Assembly (NCBI GenBank): GCA_951406725.2
Contig: OX597815.1
Location: 74,152,001-74,216,000 of the forward strand
Reading direction: 5' to 3'
Source: Octopus vulgaris
Lineage: Eukaryota
DNA length: 64,000 bases
The position numbers and the translations under genes were made by a program. The notes beneath the pieces are model-generated. The model was not told where the DNA came from, did not search any database, and saw only the letters and a list, made by a program, of their open reading frames with translations. Shown here in pieces: positions 13,312 through 26,840 of this stretch (its first letter is position 1; each line of letters opens with the position of its first letter).

Positions 13312-14361
13312 TATGATTGCTGGTATATTGTATGATATTATTAGACTGTTAAAAGCAGTGGTCAGTATCAGCAAAATTTATTGTAATTGTTTCTTTCTAC
13401 CTTTTTTTGGTTCCTTCAAATTTTTCTCAGAAATCCTGAAATATTCAACCAGGTTAACTTCTTCGTCCCTGAATTTTGCTTAAATGGTTACACAATCCTG
13501 GTTTACTAACCTTGTTCGAGAATGTCTGATTAAAATGACATATTAGAAGACAAGCATCTATTGGTGATTGAATAAATTCTCATACCCAATGGAGAATAAC
13601 TGAGAGATAACTTTTTTTTTGAGACTTATGGGAAAATTACTATAAAAAAAAACAATATTCAGTTATATGCACAATGATGTAAAACTGATGTGAGAATACA
13701 TATTTTCTTTGTCTTTCATTTCTCTTATCATAGTTGTTTCTGTTACAACTTTAGTTCAAGTGGGCACATTGAGGAGAAGTAAAAATGCTTCACTCTTCAT
13801 CAGTAAACCTGTTATTTTTCGTGCTGCTAACACAATTGATTTCTTTGGTTGACATTACTGCTATATGCTAACTTACTCATAGGGAAATGGTGAATTAGTC
13901 TTGATGTGCTCATGGCTAGTTCTACCCTTATTTAAAAGTTATGGGTATCAAATCAAATGCTTATCAACTGCTCTGAAGCTCTATGCCCATCCATTGCCTC
14001 CAAAGGGCCAAACCCCTCACTGTGGCCAGTTGATTACTCAGTGGGGAGTGCTAGCACCTAGGTCGCTGACCATTGCTTTAAACTAGCTATGTTACTAGTT
14101 CTGACTATCTCTCCCTTCACCTCAGGCAATGCACCTTAAAGTTAGCCCTTATCCTCCTCAAGCTCTTCAATATTTCTCTTTATAGGGACCTATTCCAATA
14201 TTTGGGGACAGGGGTATCTTAAGTCTTAAAGGTGATACACTCATTAGTGATTTTCTCCTCAAGTCCTTCCTTCTTAATGACCACCAGAACAACCTTTGTA
14301 AGTTCAGATTTACTGATGACTTACTCTCTTGTGGGCCATTATCCTCAAGAAATTTGGTGGA

Positions 14362-14744
14362 AATAGTGTTCTTGGAGTAAAGATTGTTTGCCAAAATAGC
14401 ATGGCAGTCCTGGTTTAGGATGAATGTTGCTGTAATTTAGCCCCAAGAGACAACGTCTCTAGCTGGCTACATGACATGATCTGTGTCCTTATATTTTGGA
14501 ACAAGGGAATCTAGCACCCCCACTCAGCTCAAAACAATACCTGTGTATTGTGATTTCCGGGTTATTTCCTTTCATCAGCACAATAATTGTTTGGCTAGAG
14601 GTGGTGCTGCCAAATTCCTGTTCGAAATATATAGTTTCAAAGTGACAGCTAGTCACTGATCTGGGGCTAAATTACAACAACATTTGTCCTAGATCAGGAC
14701 TGCCATGTTATGTTGGCAAACAATCTTTACTCCAAAGTACTATT
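14362..14744. mobile_element. Foldback MITE with about 84-bp TIRs
   Basis: ttggagtaaagattgtttgcca...gtaatttagcccca (14362-14445) mirrors tggggctaaattac...tggcaaacaatctttactccaa (14662-14744); the interior is also partly palindromic. Confidence 0.8.
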
Positions 14745-15398
14745 GCTGAATATCTCTCGTTGTGAGATTTAAAAATAGTAATTTTCTAATAGTGTTGTTG
14801 TACTTAACATCAGCAAAGCATGTGATTACATTTGGCACACAAATCTGGTAAGACTGCCTACCAATAGGCTCTGTCCATCTATAGGCTTTCTGTCAGATTG
14901 CAGAATGTGTTGAAAGATCTTGCTCTGACCCACATTTTATTGATCTTTAAAAGATCAAAAGAGAAAGGAAAGTTGTCATTAATAAGTTTATTACAATAAA
15001 AAAATTTCTAAGTCTCACTTATACAATTTGTCATCAAAGAACTCCTCAACATTTTCTGAGTAGAAATCACAAAACTATTGATAGCAAATCACTAAATGTT
15101 TATTTATCATGTGAAAGAAGAAAATGTTTGTAAATGATATCCAATTTAAGTCATTCTCTACTTTCTGTTTTTTTGCTTTATTGTCTCCCACCACTTTCCT
15201 TATTTGCATATCATCATTTCTACTACAACTGCCATCATTGTCATTATCTCCTCAACCACTATTATTAATAGTTATCATATATCAGCCTAGCTAAACTCTA
15301 TTTTAAATTATACCAATCAAGCTAATTAATACTTGTCCTACCCATCTTTTATTTCTGAAAGGATGTGTTAATTAGATTAGGCCATGGTAAAAATACGT

Positions 15399-15614
15399 TT
15401 AACCTTTTTGTTACCATATTTCTGTTGAAATACACTGCCTTTGTTTCAACTAATTTTTAAAATAATGAAAAATTTAGCTAAGTAACTATGTCATTATCAA
15501 GCTGGTTTTTGGAACATAAATTAACATATAATTTTGATGGAAGATTTTAATTTAGATTACTTCAAAACAGACAGTATATCTCATAGAATCAAGGGGCAGC
15601 CTTAAGTGGGTTAA
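15399..15614. mobile_element. piggyBac-type MITE (family A)
   Basis: ttaacctttttgttaccatatttctgttgaaatacactgcctttg...; related copies at about 8316, 21340, 32881, 56280, 57540 (reverse) and 57806. Confidence 0.7.
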
Positions 15615-17995
15615 TTTATAAAAATGTATAACATATATGTTTGTGTTCTTTTGTTAGCAGATTGTATTCTAATTATTTTCACTTATTTTCAAAATATTTT
15701 ACATTATTGCATAGGAGAGTCTTGATTCTGCTAACATTTCAAGTTATAAAGCTATTAACTTTTGACCTTTCTTATTGACCTTGACACTACACTACTCAAA
15801 TAGCTAAAGTTTTCATCATTTCTCTGTGCTCTAAAATGGCTCTGCAGAAATACCCATGTACTTGACCTCTGCCTCTCTATTTTCTGAATTAGTCTATTAG
15901 GTATTTTGAGTGGTTGTAATCTAACAACCGTTGACAATTACTTCATCAACTCATCACTGTCAACAATAAAACTGCCTACTCTCATCTGTGTGTTAACTCG
16001 TTAAACTGTCTTAAATTCCTTAAATGATTCACTTCGAGGTTTTCTCTCCCCCCTCCCCCTCACTCTTTTTTTTTCCTTCAATGCTAAAGTGTATGGGAAT
16101 CATGTGTAATCAATGTTTGCATTGTTGTTTGGTTATCTTAAGTGAATAGACATGGGGCAGTGAATAAGTTGTTATTCAGTTGCATTGTGGTGATGTTGGT
16201 ATTAGGGAGGACTTGTATGTTTAACATAATTATATACTGGTATGGTCTGGGGGTAATATTGTATAGTCTGTCAATCATTAATTTTGTTGAATACAGTCTG
16301 ATGGTTTCAGAATCCATTTTTTGGCAGTTTAGCACTTTTCTTTCTCCAGATATGTATCTTGAAATTATTAGGCTTATGTAGATGCCAATGTAAGTTCAGT
16401 AAAATATTCTCAGCTTATAGATAGTTAACGATAATGTCTTCTATTAGTTCCAGCAGTAGGTTGTTTCTTCATTCATATATATTTCAGTAAGTAGCTGGAA
16501 TTAGATAGTAGATTTTATGGCTGCTGGTCAGAATTCCCTGTATGGTCTGGAAATGAAAAAGAAATATAATTTCTCTTGGGGGATCAATATAATTAGCTAA
16601 ATCCATCCCTCTAAAATACTGGTTGTGTGCCTAAATTAGAAACATCATTTTAGCATTCACTTTTCCATGTTACCAATTCTCACTTGTTTCCAAATATGAT
16701 AATGCTTCATCTTAGTTGAGCATGTTTTCATGGAAGTTTGAAAATGAAGAACATACACTTAGAGTGACACAATGTCAAAACAAGGACACACACACATGAT
16801 AGTCTTCTTTTAGTTTCTGTCTGAAACCAAACCCATGTGCAAGGCTTTGGTTTGTCTAGAACTAAAGTAGAAGACACTTGCCCAAAGTGCCACACAATGG
16901 GACTGAACTCAAAATCATGTGATTGTGAAGCAGACTTAATAACTGTACAGCTATACCTGCACCTGAAATTGTTAGGAAAAAGTAAAAAAGTAAAAAAAAA
17001 AAATGTCTAAAGCTATCCCCAAACAGTTTGCTATGACTCATTAATAACTTAATCCTTAAGAAAATTTGAGTCTTGTCAAAAACATATGAATGTATCAGAA
17101 TATTGATGGTGTTTGCTTCAATGTGACATTACTGACCTTGAGGTCTGAGCTAACTTAAAACAACAACAGAAAAAATAAACAAATTAACAAACACAAAACA
17201 AACAGACCATCTTTAATTACTGTTTGTGTGAAAAGGTAAACTTGTTTCAGTGAGTAGTTGTGAATTGTAGTACAATTCTTAATATGATTGCTATCGGTTC
17301 AGGTCATTGTATTGATGACAATGAACATTGCCAAGTACATACACCCAGAGAGAATTGGTTTTTGTTTTTTGTCTTGTTTTTTTATTTCCCCATTATATAA
17401 TGTTAATTATATTCTTGCTGTTCAACTGTTCACTTGAATGGTTATTGATTTATTTCATTCAATATCTATTTACCTCTCTTTGGAAAGCTTTTAAACACAC
17501 GTGCACGCTCACATACAGATGCACGCATACACACATGTGCACACGCGTGCACACACACATTGTGTTTCTTGTAATACTTATTTCTGGTTATGGAATTTTT
17601 TTTCCATATTTTAGATCATGCTGATTGTGTGAAACATTAAAAAGACAAATTTACTAATTACTTTCATTCCCTTTCATTGAAGCAAATGAACTAAAATTTC
17701 TAAACATCTATATTTGAAATGTATATATGTGTATACATGTTTATATGTGTGTGTCTATATATGCATACATGTATGCGTCTGTATCTCTATATGTGTGTGT
17801 ATGCATATATATACATATATATATACACACACACACACACATTCATACATGCAAAAAATATATATATATTCAGAAGATAAATATGTCTCTACAAACATTT
17901 AGATATTTATATATATTGATAAATAAATTTACTTTTACACACACAGTATAAAAAAACTACACAAAACTAAGGGTAGAATGCATAGTTTTTTTTTT

Positions 17996-18146
17996 TAACT
18001 CAACAGCTGTTTCTGGGAGTTCAGAATTACGTAATAGTCGGAATTTTTATAATTAGCAGATGTAATGTGCAAAAATGTCATGGATATGCAACCAGTAAAT
18101 GGTCGCATAGAAAGATTGCTCTAAGACTGCTTTCCTTCATCAGGAG
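17996..18146 (-). ncRNA. Degenerate type I hammerhead ribozyme in a Penelope-like terminal repeat
   Basis: Minus strand reads cctc-CTGATGA-aggaaag...(about 120 nt)...ctccca-GAAA-cagctg-TT-gag; palindromic stem III, 3-bp stem I, mismatched stem II. Confidence 0.5.
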
Positions 18147-18270
18147 GAAAAATTAGCAACAGGTTGGCTATAAATTACCGTTCTGTCTCAATGGTCAGAT
18201 TATAAGGAAGGAAGTTCAAAACAAACTGAAAAGCAATAAAGTAGTGAAGACCGACCATTTCAGTATTCCT

Positions 18271-18460
18271 GAACTGTCTCCTTGTCTCTTAAGGAAAGTA
18301 GAGCACAATACATCACATGGATGGCAATAAAAAATGCATATCCATGTAATATGTCTTTAAGGCCTTGCAATCTCTGTTCCAAGGAAGTCCTATGTATTTT
18401 CATATGTGCAGATAAACTTTGAGAGAGTTATAAGATGCAACCACAGGCAAAAATACTTTT
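18271..18460 (+). pseudogene. Penelope-like element GIY-YIG endonuclease C-terminal remnant
   Basis: ELS / LKESRAQYITWMAIKNAYPCNMSLRPCNLCSKEVLCIF / (frameshift) VIRCNHRQKYF matches the PLE pattern ELS..LK....W......Y......CxLCxxE...CRHxxKF. Confidence 0.65.
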
Positions 18461-18858
18461 ACAGTCTTGTGAAAATGTTTGAAACTCATCCATTCAACCA
18501 ACTTCAGTCTTTCTTTCTTGGTCATATTGTATGTATTTGTCTCATGCTTTTGAAAACAGTTAACTGTATGTTAGAGAAATGTGTGTTTGTCTCTCTCACT
18601 CTCTCTCTCTCTCTCTCTCTCACTTTCTCTCTCACGCTCTCTCTCTCTATATATATTTGAAAGTGCTTATTGAACTTTATGAACATTACAAAATATCTTT
18701 TTAATGTTTAACACACACATATATATATATATATATTTTAAAAATACCGTAATAAAAACCGCGAAAGCCAGATATGTTTTAACTTTATTCAACTGATATA
18801 TATATATATATATATACATAAGGTTGAAAAGGAACACACAAGTTGACATATATGGAAA

Positions 18859-19076
18859 AAAAGTCAAGGTAGAAAATGCTAAAATAATTTTATAAAAAAT
18901 GTTTCAGTACCAGTTTCAGTCATTGAGACCTTTTCAACTGTAAGTATGGAAAAGAATTAAATTTTGGAAAAATTAAATTGTTTTCCATACTTACAGTTGA
19001 AAAAGCCTCAATGACTGAAACCGGTACTGAAATGTTTTTTATAAAATTATTTTAGCATTTTCTATCTTGACTTTTC
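18859..19076. repeat. About 95-bp inverted repeat (hairpin) of Penelope-like terminal sequence
   Basis: 18859-18953 is the reverse complement of about 18981-19076 with a few mismatches; each arm has a minimal hammerhead-like motif. Confidence 0.85.
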
Positions 19077-20164
19077 CTTTTTGTTTTGCACACACGCACA
19101 CACACACATACGTGGGTGTATACTATTTTACTTGTATGTCTGTATATTGTTTTATTCTGTTTATCTGTTTCATGTTCTTTTATTTGTTTTTATAAATAGT
19201 TTGAATGTAAAAAGTATACATATATGCATATACTAAAAGATATATGCATGCATTTTAAAAATTCTTTATTTTACTTTTATTTCTGTCTTTAGAAATGATA
19301 TGTATATGTGCGCATATATAAATATATGTATATGCTTCATTTTACTTTATTATACTGTTTCTTTCCTGGTTCTAAAACAATGGCTGTAAGAAGTATAATT
19401 ATGAGCATGTATTGATGAATACATATGTGTGTTTTTGTCTATACACACATGTATATAAATACATTTGCTGATATTTAAAAATATACACTCTACATTGTAT
19501 GTGGGTTAGATTTTCAACTCAACATATATTGATAACCCATGCTAGCATGGAAAGCGGACGTTAAACGATGATGATGAATGATGAGTGAAGATAGTAAGAA
19601 TGTGTGATATGTAAGTTTATATATATAAGTAAAATCCTAGTCCTCCTAAATTTCATAAATTTTACACCAGTCTCAGCTATTGAGTTTCCCTATCAGTAAA
19701 TGTTCTGTTGTTATTCTTAAACTTGCATCTTATGTGTATGTAGAAACACACACACACACACACTCTCTATTGATATTCAGAGTGTGCTACCTGTGCTTTT
19801 GTAAATTCTTTTGATAAATTATTAATACTAGAAGCCAATTTTTGAGCGATAAGAATTCGTGACTGGAATGAAATTAGGCTGGTTTAAAACATTTCCTTTC
19901 AGATTACAAATACAAATCAAATTTTAATGCTCTTCACCACGTGAGGCATATTGAGTAGAATTTATATTGAATGCGATTTATATTTTATACAAAAATCTGT
20001 TTGTGAGGAATACCTTCTGATTATCAAGATATTTTCTACCAGTTATAAAATATCTTTTATAAATATATTTCTTAAAAGAAGACAGTTTTTATTAATTTTC
20101 AAAATTACTAATATAGTACATATTAAAGTAGAATAATATTTCATTTAATATATTGGTTTAAAAT

Positions 20165-20372
20165 TTTTGCACAAGGCCAGCAGTTTCAGGGGAGGGGCAG
20201 GTGGATTACATTGACCCCAGTGTTCAACTGGTACTTATTTTATCGACCCTGAAAAGATGAAAGGTGAAGTTGACCTTGGAGTTAGAACTCAGAATGTAAA
20301 AATGGATGAAATGGTGCTAAGTACATTAGTGTACATTGCCTGGTACACTAATGTTTTCACTGCTCACCACCT
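20165..20372 (-). mobile_element. Nin/Deu-domain SINE
   Basis: caactggtacttattttatcgaccctgaaaagatgaaagg is the reverse complement of the cctttcatcctt.ggggtcgataaaataagtaccag domain; other copies at about 28895, 41697, 47140 and 61455. Confidence 0.65.
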
Positions 20373-20973
20373 CTTATTGCATTTAATATTTTAAAAGCAT
20401 AGATGTAGCTGTGTGATTAAGATGTTTGCTTTCCAACTACATGGTTTCAGGTCCAATCCCACTGCACAGCATTTTTGGCAAGTGTCTTCTACAATAGTCT
20501 CAGGTTGACTAAAGCCTTGTGAGTGGATTTGGTAGGTGGAAACTGAAAGAAACCCACCATCTCCTTAATTTCTGACCTGTTTGCAGAATTTTGATATCCT
20601 GTCTCCGCTCCTCTTGTGCTGCCAATGTCATCCTCCTTCCCAAACCACTTCTATCTCTCTCACCTTCACCATCCCCTCAATACTGATATTTACCATCAAC
20701 CACACTGCCACCCTTCTCATTTGGTGTTTGAATACTCTTAAGGGAGGAGCCCTTTTGTAGCAAGCATTTGGGCTAAGTTTCTAGTTCAAGAGACCTTCTT
20801 TCCTGTTTCTCACCAGTTATAAACTCTGAAAAATGTTATTAGGTTTCTCCCCTGAGTAGTAGTAAAAAAAAAAAAAATTGCATGCATGCTCCCTCACCTC
20901 CTCTTTCCCTTGATACTGATAACATTGACATCAGTAATAATAGGCTTCAAAATATGAATGGGTAGATAAATAA

Positions 20974-21008
<35 letters not shown>

Positions 21009-22237
21009 GTGTGCATGTAAATTATAAACAATAAATTATAATAATTTAAAAAGACAGTATTAAAATTCATGGGTATTTCCAAGCATGCAATAAAGATGAC
21101 TACTGCATCTGTAGCATTAGGTACTGTCTTGTCTTGTCTGTGCATATGTATGTGCATGTGGTGTATTTAATATTACTGAATCATGGTAAGGAGATGTTGA
21201 AGTATTAGTAAAAGAAAGAGGGTGTTAGTTAAAAATAGTTTGAGAAGCACTGCTCTGTGTGAGCTATTTGGCCAGCTAGTAATAGTAGTCACAGCACTCT
21301 CAAACCATACCTTAACCATTTTCTTATATATTTTGAAATGCAGTCTTTATTTCAATTAATTTTTTTAAATAATGAAGAATTTAATAAAATAATTGTCATT
21401 AATCTGGTGTTTGAAACATGAATTAACATGAAATTTTGCTTATTGTATTGTAGAACCATGGGCAATCTCAGATGGTTTTGTATCAAAAGGATTTTAAAAA
21501 AGGCTGCTTTAGAGAGAAAAAACAACAAAAGCAAAAGTTAATGGCCTGAATATCTTTGATCAAAAGTCTGTTCATTATTAAGCTGGCTTTAGACTAAACA
21601 ATTGCATCTAACTTCTAGTTACTTTTAAAGTGTTCTTTTTGCTCCTTTACTGTTACCTTTTACATTAACTGATTTTCTGAATTTGCTTGCTGTGTCCCTT
21701 TCCCAAAATGTTTTACTCACACTGCCCTTTCTTACTACTTTCATGCCAATACGTCTATAACTTTCTTGAACATAGGACATTCTATTTGGCCCCCATTTCT
21801 CTTCCCAGCCATGCATTAATGTATATTTTGGAAGTGTACTAGCTAGGCAAGTGGTTGATCTGAGATTGTGTGTTGAAACTAAAATAATTAAGGCTTGGAA
21901 GACATTAACCATACAGAAACACATACTGTTAATTTCACTTAAATATTTATCATTTGGTGTTAAGTTTTGTTGCTCCAATTGTGACTTGGTCACTAACATG
22001 GTTCCACTGCAACTGGTTTCAGGTGAGGTTGTTGGTCAGTATATATAGGTTTCTGGGTTATAAATATAATTTTATCTATATAAGCCAGTCATGTGGGTTC
22101 TGGTTGTCATCACCTGGTAATTATAGTTGGTCAGTTTATGTGGTATTTGACTAATTCAAATGCCTTCCCTTTTGCCTTTCTTTTAGTTGGAAGGGAAATC
22201 CTTTGGCATTGTATAGTACAGCAAGTCAGAAATGATA

Positions 22238-22802
22238 TCTTAATATATAAAACAGAGTCTGTGTGTTCCTTATTGATTCGAAAACTGTGCTGCCAATTTT
22301 GATGTATGAAGTATCAAAACATTTGGTGATCTTTCGGCTACCAAATAAGCTATTTTTTGCATAGCAACTCTTTTTTACTACAAAAATAACCTCAAAAAGG
22401 AGGTCAGGTCGCACAATTTTGAGGGCTTTAGCTAAGGGAGGCAACTCTGCCTGAACAGTCTTTATCAATACTCTAATAACAAATGTAAACACACACACAC
22501 ACACATATTAGGTGCAAGAATGGCTGTGTGGTTGGGAAGTTTGCTTCCCAACTAACCACATGGTTCCACATCCAGTCCGTCTGCATGTTACCTTGGGCAA
22601 GTGTTTTCTATTATAGCCCTAGGCCAACCATGGACTTGTGACTGAATTTGCTTGATGGAAACTGCAGTGTTGTTGTTCATCAGAAAATGACTGAGAAACA
22701 TGTTTATAAAGAAGAGTTGTTTGCTTCATACTCCCCATGTGTCGATTCTGCCCATAAGAGAGGAACAAATAATACCTGGGCAATGCTGGGGTGCATTGCT
22801 AG
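22238..22802 (+). mobile_element. Non-autonomous Helitron with a nested SINE
   Basis: 5' A|TCttaatatataaaa; 3' degenerate hairpin cctgggcaatgctggg followed by CTAG|T; SINE head inserted at about 22510-22668. Confidence 0.65.
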
Positions 22803-23548
22803 TTATTAATATATAATCAGTCGATTAAATTTCCAAATTTGTCAATCTTATCTGACAGCTTACTCCTCCTGTATAGAAAGGTCCCATGTGGTCTTGGGGA
22901 ATCAGCCTCACAAATATGATTTATGTCCTTGTTTATTCTAATTTGTAGTGGAGATTGATCTCGGTGGTATAAAATGGCAGAGCCTTATTAAATTACAATA
23001 GTGAATGTAAAAATCCTTTAAAAAGTCAAAACAAAAAGGCCTGCAAAAGGTTGTTCATATTGTTAGCTTACAGCCATTGTCAGTTGCTTATTAATATAGG
23101 TTTCAGCAGTGAGAGACTATTTTATTAAGCATGTTTCAAGCTCACTTCATAATTAGAGGATTCATTTCCTTTCTTATTTTTTTTTTATTCTTATCCTCTT
23201 TTTTTTTTTTTTTTTTCAAGCTTTGGATTACTTGCCAAATATATAACTGAAAATATAGATGGATATTTCTGCTTAAATACATTGTTTTATCAACATTCCT
23301 TTTTCTTCGTTTTGGTATGTGTTATCTGTTAGCATTATTTCTGATGTTCTAATTTGTTCTCGTTCATAGTTTTGTGTTTGTTTTTGGCACTTCATTGAAG
23401 GACACACCAACCTTCACTGCATGCCAGATTAACTCACTCGTGTTTTTCTTCTTGTCTTGACTTTTCTCCAATTTCTATTAAGTCATTGATAATTAGGTTC
23501 CTTTCATCTTAAACAGAGTGTGTGGGTGCGTTTCAAGAGACAATGCTT

Positions 23549-23613
<65 letters not shown>

Positions 23614-25487
23614 CTTTATTCAACTAAATAACGATGAACCTAGTAAAGCATTTACAAGTCTTGAATCATGATTTAAAGAGATTTGGAGGGAGAGTTGTGT
23701 TATTAATGTAAATGTATATAAAAGTTTTTATTTTTTGTTACATCATATTGAGTCCATTATTCAAGCCATTATTATCAGGAAGTATAAATGGGGAAGTTCT
23801 AGCTATTATTGCTAATGCATGAACTTTCATTAATATGAAAAATATTGTATTCTTTCTTTTTTTGTTTCTCTCAAGAGGTTATATATGTAATTTTGTTTTT
23901 AGTATTTCCAAATTTCCTGAAAATTCCAATCTATTAGATTCAATTATTTTTGGGGGAAATTTTCAATATTTAGATGTATTCTGCCATTTAGCCGACAGGA
24001 CTTAACATTTTATTGATTTCTAGTCGATTAGATACTATGTGTATTATATCCACAAATTAACTTAGTGTATGTATCTCAAGAGATAGTTCGACATCACAGG
24101 AAAGGTTCAATAGAAAATAATCCATATCTGAAATGTTCAGAGAGCAGTTGTACAAAGCCTGTGATTTTAGAAGGAACTGTAAGTAGTTACTGCTCTGGTT
24201 TATCAATAGCAGATGTCTGTTCATGTCTGTAGTTAGGATGCTTGCTTTCCAATGATGTGGTCTTGGGTTCAGTCCTACTGGCTGGCATCTTGAGCAAGAG
24301 TCTTCTACTATATACCCTGAACTGATGAAAGCCTTGTAAGTGGGTTTGGTAAACTGCAGTTGAAAGAAGCTCATCCTGTATGAATATATACATATGCACA
24401 CACACACACACATACCATCATCACCATCATCCTTATTTTATGCATGGCACTTACCAAACTTTCAGTCCTGTGACCTTCTGCTGATTAAAAAAAAAAGTAT
24501 ATATACTGGTATTCAGTTCTATTTCTCTTGTTTGTTCTACCAAACTTACATATATGTGTATGTATTTATTTGGAACTGATGATTCATTCTGCTGCTAGTT
24601 TGAGTTTCATTTCTTTGTTGCATGAATGAACTTACAAAAGCATAACACAGTACTCTTTCTACCAGCTGCACATGCATGTGTATGCATGCATGCACACACA
24701 CACACATATTATGTGTGTGTGTGTTTCTGACAATAAGATTAGTATTAGAAGAGCCTGAGAAAATGTTTAGATGTTATTAACAATTAACTGGAACAAAGTT
24801 GGTTATTGATCAAAAAGGAAAAAAAGAATTTCATTTCCATAATGTCATTTTTAGGTTGAATCTCCAAAGACACAATAGTAGTTGTTGCTAGATTTACTGC
24901 AATCTATTTTAATTACATTATAGACATTGTTTGGTTATAGATAATGGAGCCATTATTCTTGCATTTAAGATTGGTTTCTCTGTATATCTTGGTTAAATTA
25001 TTGGCATCTTGTTATATATGTATCATTATAGAGGGTAGATTTGTTATGTGAATTTTCATGTTGCCTGAAAGATGCTTCTATAATAGCATCTCATATTTGG
25101 ATAAGAGACTAGTCACATTGCAAAAACGATTTAAGAATTCCAGCACAAGATGCTAAAGCCTATAGAATATACATCATTTGACATTTACTTCTTGGATTAT
25201 GTCACATATAGCTAAACCTATGAAGTCAGTTTTAAGCGGTCTATTTATATTCTATTACTGTCAGCTTGTATTGTTTCCTGATCCGCACTCTTTACTCTCA
25301 AAATTCCAACCCAGCCCATCTATCTTATCTGCAAATAAGTACCATGAGTTTGTGTAACTGGTTAACTCTTGAGAAACAAGAATACTCTATAAATTGCTGC
25401 AGCCTTGAATTTGTAGTAGAGATTTCAGATCTGTAGTTCAGAAATGGACATCAGTAGACAGAGCTACTTTTGGCAGCATTAATGTAT

Positions 25488-25713
25488 TTAACCCTTGCTT
25501 TGTGGAATACAAATATACTCAGTTCTGAGCATGTGCACTTGAGACATAGGAACAGAATTAACTTGGGGTGCTTTCTGGAATTTCTCACATTTCATATTAT
25601 GTAACATGTATATTATATTTTTACTGGCAAATAGAAAGATGCTGTAAGAACTGATTTGCATATGATTAGCATATAATCACCAGCAAAAATTAAATTAGTG
25701 CAGTGAGGTTTAA
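25488..25713. mobile_element. piggyBac-type MITE (family C)
   Basis: Homologous to 7219-7450; ttaaccct...aggtttaa. Confidence 0.6.
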
Positions 25714-26023
25714 TGCTGAGAACAAGAAAGAGCAAACTAAATAACAAAATAACACATTGAAGAAAAAAACAATATAAAATATTGGCTAATTTTGTTAATT
25801 TGTTCAGCAGTGAATTGAAATATTTGAATTTTATTTCTAGTTAGCCTTTTGATGTCCTTTACATTAAATATATACGAGTCTACATCAATCATGGTTAACC
25901 ACATATCTACATCTGTATGTAAGCCCTTGGTAAGATTTTTATAGGAGGTGCAGGCAAGTTAAGAAGTTTGCTTGTTTTAGGTTTGCTCCCACCATATGGC
26001 ACCTTGGGTAAGCATCCTTTATT

Positions 26024-26840
26024 ATTACTTGGAAAAATGCAAGCAAGAGAAATAGTATTCCTAAGATTATAAACCTGGAAAATTACAGGACATGTTATTA
26101 CACTTGGAAAAGTTCAGGATAACTTATTACAACTGGTAAAGTATTGTAGCTAAGGATAAAATTTCAAATAAAATATTTAGATTTAGAAAATATTTGCTTT
26201 CATTAAAACCAAAAATTTTATTGCAAGTTATTACTTCTATTTGTTATTACTTGTTACTTCTATTAAAAATTAAAAATAACACAATATTTTTTGCACTTTA
26301 AAAAAATTAATTTTTAAAATTATTAATTAATAATTAGAAATTTGAAAATAGGTTATTAAAATAATAGTAGTACATAATTAGTACAATAAATAGAATAATA
26401 CAAAAATTAGTTATATATTACAGTAAAATCTACCTATAACAACAAATTCACAAGTTATTGCCAAGTCTTCACATTTTTAATCATTACCTAATGCCTAATT
26501 TTTACATAATGAATTTGCCTACCATATATACTATTCTACTTTGCATAAAACTTTAGCTATATTGGTACTTGTGGCCCTCATTTTTTTTAAAGTATTCTAG
26601 TGTGTCAATATTTTAACAAAATGTTGGTACCTTTTTTAATCATAATGTTACTTTGTAAATTACAATCAAATAATTTTTAATATTCAAATTTTATCCTTAG
26701 CTGCAATATTTTAAGTAAAAATTTTCTTGTTCTGTAATAAGTTGTCCTGAACTTTTCCAAGTGTAATAACTTATTCTGTAATTTTCCAGGTTTATAATCT
26801 TAAGAATATTATTTCTTTTGCTTGCATTTTGCCATGTAAT
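26024..26840. mobile_element. MITE with about 150-bp TIRs, interrupting a SINE
   Basis: aaatgcaagcaagagaaatagtattcctaagattataaacctggaaaattacag... (26024 to about 26180) mirrors ...ctgtaattttccaggtttataatcttaagaatattatttcttttgcttgcattt (about 26670-26840). Confidence 0.8.

Noticed and set aside
13860-14355. Possible decayed Gypsy gag/protease fragment on the minus strand (THNF-like)
   Set aside because: Too degenerate to support by eye.
16126-16145. tttggttatct, resembling miR-9
   Set aside because: Partial match only; no star arm.
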